Positions 1-6,773 of a stretch of 9,428 bases of DNA are shown one piece after another. Position 1 is the first letter of the stretch. The number at the start of each line of letters is the position of its first letter. The notes under the pieces were generated by a model, which saw nothing but the letters and a program-made list of their open reading frames with translations, ran no database searches and had not been told where the DNA came from. The position numbers were made by a program, and so were the translations under genes. The DNA is from Octopus sinensis (Eukaryota), in NCBI RefSeq assembly GCF_006345805.1, contig NW_021827939.1, positions 1 to 9,428 of the forward strand, in the 5' to 3' direction.

Positions 1-546
1 CTTCTGTCTGTCCCTACAAAACACATAGCTATACTGTATGTGTGTGTGTTTATATACACAATATATATACACGCGCATACGTATATACATATATACACTT
101 TATAAAAGCTTGCGTGAACAAACGAAATACCAGTAGCATTAACATATTTAGTTACATGTATTTAATGTGGGACTGTGTCAGTTATATACACATACGTACA
201 TACATACAAACATATATACACACACATATATATGTATATGGGTATACATAGTTTGGAGGCTAAATGCTTGTGAATGCGCTCTTAAAAGCTCCTATGCTTC
301 GCCCAATCGGCCACCACTTGTCACTCTCATATCTCCCAGTGAAATCCGATGGAATGGTCCTTATGCCGATGGAACTCGGAGCTTAGGAGAAAATATAACA
401 GCGATAATAACCTGCTCACGGAAATTCAAAAGTTTTATGAATGCATCACGAAATATGTTTCTGCATCCTATATTTTCATTGGTTAAAAAGCAGCCAAACT
501 CATTAACTCATTGGCGAGAGTGGACCTATTAAATACACATATTAGC

Positions 547-716
547 ATTTAATGACAATTTGATTTGGGTCCATGAACCTTAAGGCTTCGTTGGTTCATC
601 ACACATATTTTCTACTCAGGTTTGAAAATGGGTCTCCCATGCCTGACGAGTTAGGATCATCTGACGAACCGACGAAGATTTAAGCTGCATGGGACCGAAT
701 CAAACTGTTATTAAAT
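547..716. mobile_element. Fold-back/MITE-like element with ~56-bp imperfect terminal inverted repeats
   Basis: 547-602 (ATTTAATGACAATTTGATTTGGGTCCATGAACCTTAAGGCTTCGTTGGTTCATCAC) aligns without gaps to the reverse complement of 661-716 (44/56 identical by hand count). TAGCA occurs directly repeated at 543-547 and 716-720. Central hairpin ATGGG-TCT-CCCAT at 628-640. Confidence 0.7.
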
Positions 717-721
717 AGCAA

Positions 722-728
722 TGTGTGT

Positions 729-768
<40 letters not shown>

Positions 769-801
769 GCGTGTGTGTGTGTGTATGTGTGTGCATGTGT
801 G
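722..801. repeat. (GT)n microsatellite
   Basis: Direct reading; imperfect (GT)n with GC/AT interruptions. Confidence 0.95.
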
Positions 802-1004
802 TAAAAACAGAGTGAATGATGACACATTATCAATGATTTCATAAGCTACAAGTGTTTCAAATAAACTGACGCAATTAATTGATGTACATTGCAAATAGCA
901 ATATGCATATACGATCAATTACTCTTTTGATCGGCAGAAATCTTGTAGAATTTGCCAGTACATCTCCGTAATATTCATGCATATATAGAGACCACTGGTA
1001 TTTA

Positions 1005-1237
1005 AAAGGCGGCGAGCTGGCAGAATCGTTAGCACGCCGGGCGAAATGCTAAGCGGTATTTCGTCTGCCGTTACGTTGTGAGTTCAAATTCCGCCGAGGT
1101 CACTTTGCCTTTCATCCTTTCGGGGTCGATAAATTAAGTACCAGTTGCGCACTGGGGTAGATATAATCGACTTAATCCGTTTGTCTGTCCTTGTTTGTCC
1201 CCTCTATGTTTAGCCCCTTGTGGGTAATAAAGAAATA
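1005..1237 (+). mobile_element. tRNA-derived SINE family A, copy 1 (Nin/Deu-domain-like core), head + one body
   Basis: A-box-like TGGCAGAATCGTT in the head and B-box-like GAGTTCAAATTCC at 1080-1092. Core GCCTTTCATCCTTTCGGGGTCGATAAATTAAGTACC resembles the Nin-DC domain (from memory). Four homologous copies in the window. Flanked by direct repeat GGTATTTA (997-1004, 1238-1245). Confidence 0.9.
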
Positions 1238-1355
1238 GGTATTTATAGAGTGTTAAACACTTTCAGTATGCATATTAGGGATTCCTTCATAGAGTAACTG
1301 CTGCATTTGTCAAGTATATAAGCAGTTTGGTTGATTGTTTCTTTGGAGAACGTTA

Positions 1356-1416
1356 GAATGGTGTAGACGCCTCTGATGAGGACCCAATAAGGTTCGAAAA
1401 TCAATTAAGGCCATTC
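1356..1416 (+). ncRNA. Minimal type I hammerhead ribozyme (Penelope pLTR-type)
   Basis: Helix I GCCT(1369-72)/AGGC(1408-11) plus distal GAATG(1356-60)/CATTC(1412-16). Core CTGATGA 1373-79. Helix II GGACC/GGTTC with loop CAATAA. GAAA 1396-99. Vestigial helix III. NUH triplet TTA with predicted cleavage after 1407. TATATAA at 1316-1322 upstream. Confidence 0.8.
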
Positions 1417-1470
1417 ATCCTTTTTTTCGGTCTGCAGAGAAATGGCTAAAATTTGCCCTGTTTATAATTA

Positions 1471-1998
1471 TCTCTCTCTATATAAACGGCAGTTTGTCTG
1501 TCTGTGTGTCTGTGTGTCTGTCAGGTTATACCCTCACCCTGACCACGGCTTTCAACCGATTCTGATGAAACTTGACACACGCATAGCCCAATGTCATAAT
1601 TCAAAACTAACGCATCGAAAATTTTGAAAAGTTCCCCCAGTTCTGAAAAAAATCGATAAATTGGACATGGGGTCGAGAATCTAAGCTTTTTATATGCAAC
1701 ACATTTTCTGTTGAAGTTTTCGCAACTTGCAATCGATTTTCACCAAACTCATGGTGAAGCTTAATGCTACCCTAAGAAACTTAATTTTGACGTTAGTTTT
1801 CCATGCAATACCTTACCATCAGAAAAAATCGATAAAATCATGCCATTTTGGGAAATCGCGTTCAAATTCAAGATGACATATTTTCGACAATATCTTTCAC
1901 AAATTGGCAGGAAATTAGAGGGAAAGGACTAGATTGGGATTAGTCGTTGCCTACTAGGGGCTCTTACATACCCGGGCAGCGCCGGGATATGCTGCTAG
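1471..1998 (+). mobile_element. Non-autonomous Helitron (HINE/Lep1-like)
   Basis: Starts TC after host A1470 and ends CTAG (1995-98) before host T1999. 3' GC hairpin CCCGG-GCAGCG-CCGGG (1971-1986) lies 8 nt before CTAG. 5' (GTCT)n-type microsatellite and CCGATTCTGATGAAACTT motif typical of such elements. No TSD. Confidence 0.85.
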
Positions 1999-2418
1999 TA
2001 CTATATATTACGCATAAAGATATATAAAGACAATGCTTATTATTGTATTAGGAGATTAAACATACATTTTAACCCTTTGCGGTATACTTACATACATACA
2101 TAATTCCAAAGATGGATCTAAAACAATGGGATTACTAAAGGAAGTCCGGAATTTAAGAGGAGAGGAAACCAAAAGGACTCGTGATATTCATTGAAGGATT
2201 TTATTTTAGATATTCTCATTTTGAAAGTCATCTCCGGTTAATCGTTGAGAGGACATTGGTGTTGCGTTGGCGGAAAATTGCGCTCTCCGAGTGCTCTTGT
2301 TCTCATTCTTTCACGAATGTTTCAATTTATGATGCTACAACTGTTGGTGACGACTGGGGAAAAAAGGGCCTTTATGGCAAGTATTTTATTCCCTCAGTTG
2401 ACCTCTCCATTGAAGATA

Positions 2419-2466
2419 GCGATGCTCCAACATGACCAGAGTCCAATGCCTGAAACAAGTAAAAGA
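2419..2466 (+). mobile_element. Isolated 3' tail of SINE family B (5'-truncated copy or partner-LINE 3' end)
   Basis: GCGATGCTCCAACATGACCAGAGTCCAATGCCTGAAACAAGTAA matches 3875-3918 at 37/44 positions. Confidence 0.75.
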
Positions 2467-2627
2467 TTCACACAGAAGCCCTCTGTGTGTGTGTATGTGT
2501 GTGTGTATAATAAAAATGTAAACATGATGCATAGAATCCCACCCATCAGGGACAGGATGGGTCGAAACGATCGTCGTACAGAATAAACACTAATTACCAA
2601 ATCCATCTTCTGGTTACTTAATCAAAT

Positions 2628-2663
2628 ATTATTATTATTATTATTGTTGTTGTTGTTGTTAGT

Positions 2664-2697
<34 letters not shown>

Positions 2698-2714
2698 GTA
2701 GTAGTAGTAATAGT
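2628..2714. repeat. Compound trinucleotide repeat (TAT)n(TGT)n(CAT)n(AGT)n
   Basis: Direct reading. Confidence 0.95.
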
Positions 2715-2999
2715 AAGGCGGTTAGCTGTCAGAATCGTTAGTGCGCCGAGCGAAATGCTTAGCGGTATTTCGTCTGCCGTTACGTTCTGAGTTCAAATTC
2801 TACCAAGGTGTCGACTTTGCCTTTCATCCTTTCGGGGGTCGATAAATTAATTAAGTACCAGTTACGCACTGGGGTCGATGTAATCGACTTAATCCCTTTG
2901 TCCCCCTCTATGTTTAGCCCCTTGTGAGCAATAAAGAAATAGGTATTTCGTCCATCCTTATGTTCCCAAATTCCGCCGGGGTCAACTTTGCCTTTCATC
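2715..2999 (+). mobile_element. SINE family A, copy 2: head + body (2764-2941) + partial second body (2942-2999)
   Basis: Homologous to 1005-1237. After the tail AAAGAAATA the sequence restarts at GGTATTTCGTC and runs to GCCTTTCATC. Confidence 0.9.
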
Positions 3000-3067
3000 T
3001 ATAAGATGGAGTGCTGTTTTAATTGAGTTGTATTTTACACAAATTAATTTCGAATATATATATATAT

Positions 3068-3260
3068 ATGTGACCTCGTATGTACTGTTGGCGATTTTTT
3101 TCCCTTTGTCTTCCCTTCTCTGGATCTTTCCTTCTCCTATGTTTCCGACGAAGAGCTCTGCTCGAAACGTTAAACCCTCCTTCTTTCCTGAGCGTCTCCA
3201 ATAATACTATATTTGTTCCACATCCTCGCGTTGTTGTGTTTTCCGTTTTGGATTAACTTT
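3068..3260 (+). mobile_element. Penelope-like pLTR-derived repeat, family P1 copy 1, with hammerhead variant at 3141-3175
   Basis: Near-identical copy at 6600-6773. GTTT-CCGACGA-A-GAGC-TCT-GCTC-GAAA-CG-TT-AAAC has hammerhead topology with palindromic ACGT helix III. Embedded in (TA)n. Confidence 0.75.
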
Positions 3261-3266
3261 ATATAG

Positions 3267-3332
<66 letters not shown>
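3261..3332. repeat. (TA)n microsatellite
   Basis: Direct reading. Confidence 0.95.
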
Positions 3333-3335
<3 letters not shown>

Positions 3336-3485
3336 ATAATTACAATAATCCTTGGGTTAATGCACTGCTACGCGCGTTTCCACAGATTACATGTCTATTA
3401 AGATCATAATGGACTAAGAGCTTTATTTGTATATTCAAAACGTTTCCCATAAATAAATTTTAAAGATATGTTTTTATGTATGCAG

Positions 3486-3550
3486 TACATACATACATAC
3501 ATACATACATACATACATACATACATACATACACATATATATGTATACAT
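3486..3550. repeat. (TACA)n microsatellite
   Basis: Direct reading. Confidence 0.95.
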
Positions 3551-3551
3551 A

Positions 3552-3934
3552 GGCGCATGAGTGGCTGTGTGGTAAGTAGCTTGCTAACCAACCACATGGT
3601 TTCAGGTTCAGTCCCATTGCGTGGCATCTTGGGCAAGTATCTTCTGCTATAGTCCCGGGCCGACCAATGCCTTGTGAGTGGATTTGGTAGACGGAAACTG
3701 AAAGAAGCCTGTCGTATATATATATATATGCGCGTGTGTGTTTGTCCCCCTAGCATTGCTTGACAACCGATGCTGGTGTGTTTACGTACCCGTAACTTAG
3801 CGGTTCGGCAAAGAGACCGATGGAATAAGTACTGGGCAAAGAATAAGTCCCGGGGTCGATTTGCTCGACTAAAGGCGGTGCTCCAGCATGGCCGCAGTCA
3901 AATGACTGAAACAAGTAATAGTGTAAAAGAGTAA
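3552..3934 (+). mobile_element. tRNA-derived CORE-like SINE family B (octopus OK/OR-type), full length
   Basis: A-box TGGCTGTGTGG, B-box GGTTCAGTCCC, CORE-like CTTGGGCAAGT, internal (TA)(GT) tract, and tail GCTCCAGCATGGCCGCAGTCAAATGACTGAAACAAGTAA with short repeats. Family name is from memory only. Confidence 0.85.
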
Positions 3935-4453
3935 TATATATATACATATTTTTAAAAAATACTGTTTAGTGCCCTACGAATGAATAATCCCACGTGTTAT
4001 GCAAATTAGACATTGCAGGTTTAAGTGGGTCATTGTATAATGCTATAAATGGCAGTAACTCCCCAGTGGAGGGAGGGCAGGTATTTATGCCAAGAAGGAA
4101 CTGCGACTCTTTTGTCTTTTGCGTTTGCCGACGGGAAATCATAAGCGTTGTGTTTGCACTTTATAGCCTTTCTCACAAAGGGACGAAACGGTTTGTTTAT
4201 TCATCAAGCTATGCATTTCAAATATGTGTTCAATTAAGTGTGTGTGAATATGCACATATAAATATATATGTATATAGTTGGAATTCGTATTTGTTTGTGT
4301 GTGTGTGTAAATACAAGGAACAATAAAAAAACGACAATCCAGGATGAACAACTATTTTAACAAACTCCATATTAAGCTTAACGCTTATAGGAACAGAAAG
4401 TAATCTAACGATTCGGTCGTTCGTCCTTTGTCAGAAAAACATGTGTGTGTGTG

Positions 4454-4483
<30 letters not shown>

Positions 4484-4497
<14 letters not shown>

Positions 4498-4873
4498 GTT
4501 ATTGTTGTTGTTGGCATCCTTTTTGTCTTGGGAGACAATGGAGTTGCGCATAAAGTAGTCTAGTCCGGCTTTTACATTTCATGTCCTGATACATTTCCTG
4601 CTGTGGCTGTGTAGTCCTATCCTAGACAAACACTCCCTCTGGCAGGTACCGCAGATGTAGCGAAGACTGTTCCTGGCTGGTTGTAATGTCAAAGTATATT
4701 GTTGACGTCTTTTCTTGTCTTTTCATTTCTCCTCTCTCTCTCTCTGTCACTCCTTTGTATTCCCTCTTTTACGGTATGTCGCCAATCTCCACGGTTGCCG
4801 GCAACTGCCTCCCAACCGCTAACATTGATGTTGCAGGCCTTCATGTCCCTTTTGCAAACATCCTTGTAACGTA
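4484..4873 (-). mobile_element. 5'-truncated RTE-clade LINE (C-terminal ORF fragment, 3' UTR, (CAA)n tail)
   Basis: Minus translation from 4871 gives RYKDVCKRDMKACNINVSGWEAVAGNRGDWRHTVKEGIQRSDR, then a frameshift in the (GA)n tract near 4740, then EREEK*KDKKRR...RYICGTCQRECLSRIGLHSHSRKCIRT* (stop 4579-4581). This is a typical RTE C-terminus with zinc finger. UTR has a GTCT/AGAC stem-loop followed by (CAA)n. Inserted in (TA)n. Confidence 0.9.
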
Positions 4874-4893
4874 TATATATATATATATATATA

Positions 4894-5150
4894 GGGAGAG
4901 TTTATGAAAAAAACAAAAGACGAAGACAGGCGGTGTACAAAACAAGCAGATGTATTAGTATAACGCTCAGGAATAGAAAAAGGCTTTTACGTTTCGAGCC
5001 TACGCTCTTCTACAGAAAGGGACACAGAAAAAAACAAGGAGAGAAAAATGTATGTAGTGGCTAACGATCTATCATGGCGACTGACTCGGACAGAAGGGTC
5101 ACACACGAGAGGGTAAGTAGGGGAGATAACAAAGTAAAGATGAAAATGTT
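4894..5150 (-). mobile_element. Penelope-like pLTR-derived repeat, family P2, with hammerhead variant at 4984-5019
   Basis: Minus strand reads CTTT-CTGTAGA-A-GAGC-GTAG-GCTC-GAAA-CG-TA-AAAG, followed by TTCCTGAGCGT...AATAC, which is shared with family P1. Right boundary approximate. Confidence 0.65.
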
Positions 5151-5530
5151 TTTGTACAAGTAAAGAGTAAAATGGTTTGCTGAAATAATGTTAACCTTGT
5201 AGTCTTATAATTGAAGATGTTTTCGCCAAAAACCATGCGTTTTATTTTTCAATTTTAATTTCTATTCTGAGAGTGTACATACCACGTGTCCTGTTATCCT
5301 TATCCCATTGCCTGTTCGTTGTATCATGTGATACACTGGACACATTTCCCTTTTGTCTGTGCATCATATATATTACACATTCCCTATATTTATTTCAACC
5401 ACCAGAATATCTTGGGGCTTCAGAAAAGAAAGCTTTGATATTAACTCAGAACGTATGAAAGAAGGGTTAACTGAAAGTCTGAAAACAAGGACGGACGTTT
5501 AGGGGTCACCTACGAAAATGCTTCGGGAGG

Positions 5531-5542
5531 GCAAAGGGTTAA
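5531..5542 (-). mobile_element. piggyBac-like terminus (…AAAGGG|TTAA), probably the end of a non-autonomous element spanning ~5190-5542
   Basis: GCAAAGGG followed by TTAA (5539-42); a second AAGGGTTAA at 5462-5470. The partner end is not securely identified. Confidence 0.4.
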
Positions 5543-5667
5543 AATCTAGGAAGTACATTCGAGGGGAAAAACTCATTGCTCATCGTCGAATCAGACGGAT
5601 GATTCATAGATTCCACTTGAAGTTCGTCTCTGGGACTTAAAATTTTTAACACACCTTTGCCTTGGTT

Positions 5668-5771
5668 GCTGTAGTAGGTGGTGGTGGTGGTGGTGATGGT
5701 GATGGTGGTAGTGGTGGTTGCAGTAGTAGTAGTAGTAATAGTAGTAGTAGAGTAGTAGTAGTAGTAGTAGC
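5668..5771. repeat. Compound (GTG)n/(GTA)n trinucleotide repeat
   Basis: Direct reading; source of the poly-His/Tyr/Leu spurious ORF. Confidence 0.95.
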
Positions 5772-5824
5772 TGAATCGAGTACTTGATAAGGTTATCGTG
5801 TGATGTACTTAACCTCTGCTCAAA

Positions 5825-6253
5825 TATGTGTGTGTGTGTATACATGTGTACACACACATACACATAAATATATATATATATATACCCACAATCAAATACC
5901 TATAAATATATAGACAGATATACATACATATATACATATTTGTGTGTGTGTATATGTATATATATATATATATATATGTGTGTGTGGAGTGTGTGTGTGT
6001 ATGTATATGTATGCACGTATATATGTGTATATATATATATACTAATATATATATATATCCCAGTAGACTTTGGACTTGGTTGAACGCTTACAGATACACC
6101 ATATATAAATATACATATATTCAAACACACTCATATAAATATGTGTGTGTGTGTGTATGTGTATGTATATATCTATCAGAGTATCTATATGAATGTATGT
6201 ATATATATATAAATATATATGTGTGTCTGTGTGTGTATGTATATGTATATATA
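5825..6253. repeat. Mosaic (TA)/(TG)/(CA) low-complexity tract
   Basis: Direct reading, with a short unique island near 6059-6100. Confidence 0.9.
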
Positions 6254-6488
6254 TATTTCTTCATTACCCACAAGGGGCTAAGCATAGAGGGGACAAACAA
6301 GGACAGACAAAGGGACTAAATCGATTACATCGACTCCAGTGCATAACTGGAACTTAATTTATCGACCCCGAAAGGATGAAAGGCAAAGTTGATCTCGGCG
6401 GAATTTGAACTCAGAACGTAACGGCAGACGAAATACCGCTAAGCATTTCGCCCGGCACACTAACGTGTCTGCCAGCTCGCCGCCTTTT
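6254..6488 (-). mobile_element. SINE family A, copy 3 (head + one body)
   Basis: Reverse complement reads AAAAGGCGGCGAGCTGGCAGACACGTTAG...GGTAATGAAGAAATA and ends in a TA tract. Confidence 0.9.
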
Positions 6489-6527
6489 ATATGTATATGT
6501 ATATAAATATACGCATTTATGCATATA

Positions 6528-6570
<43 letters not shown>

Positions 6571-6599
6571 TGTGTATGTATGTATATATATATTTCAAA

Positions 6600-6773
6600 A
6601 TGTGACCTCGTATATACAGTTGGCGATTTTTTTCCCTCTGTCGTCCCTTCTCTGGATCTTTCCTTCTCCTATGTTTCCGACGAAGAGCTCAGCTCGAAAC
6701 GTTAAACCCTCCTTCTTTCCTGAGCGTCCAACAATACTTTATTTGTTCCACGTCCTCGCGTTGTTGTGTTTTT
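6600..6773 (+). mobile_element. Penelope-like pLTR-derived repeat, family P1 copy 2, with hammerhead variant at 6673-6707
   Basis: Aligns with 3068-3242; same CCGACGA core and GAAACGTTAAAC. Confidence 0.75.

Noticed and set aside
42-532. ORFs 42-251 and 167-532
   Set aside because: They start in TA/CA microsatellite; there is no recognisable domain or convincing splice structure in the unique part.
643-690. CTGACGA-GTTAG-loop-CTGAC-GAAC hammerhead look-alike
   Set aside because: GAAC instead of GAAA, no NUH adjoining a helix I, and it is explained by the MITE's repeated GACGA subterminal motif.
926-990. KSCRICQYI CxxC-like peptide upstream of the hammerhead as a PLE ORF remnant
   Set aside because: Too short and followed by a stop; cannot be distinguished from chance.
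1562-1571. CTGATGAAAC as a hammerhead core
   Set aside because: No helix II or helix I; part of the conserved Helitron CCGATT..GATGAAA motif.
2780-2998. 72-aa ORF with repeated MKGKVD
   Set aside because: Antisense translation of SINE A tandem units.
3552-3625. SINE heads (here, 1008-1095 and 7615-7688) as tRNA genes
   Set aside because: A/B boxes are present but acceptor stems are incomplete and each continues into a SINE body.
5593-5628. AGACGGATGA…TGAAGTTCGTCT hairpin as a SECIS or hammerhead
   Set aside because: Lacks the apical AA of SECIS and the GAAA/NUH of hammerheads; no selenoprotein ORF.
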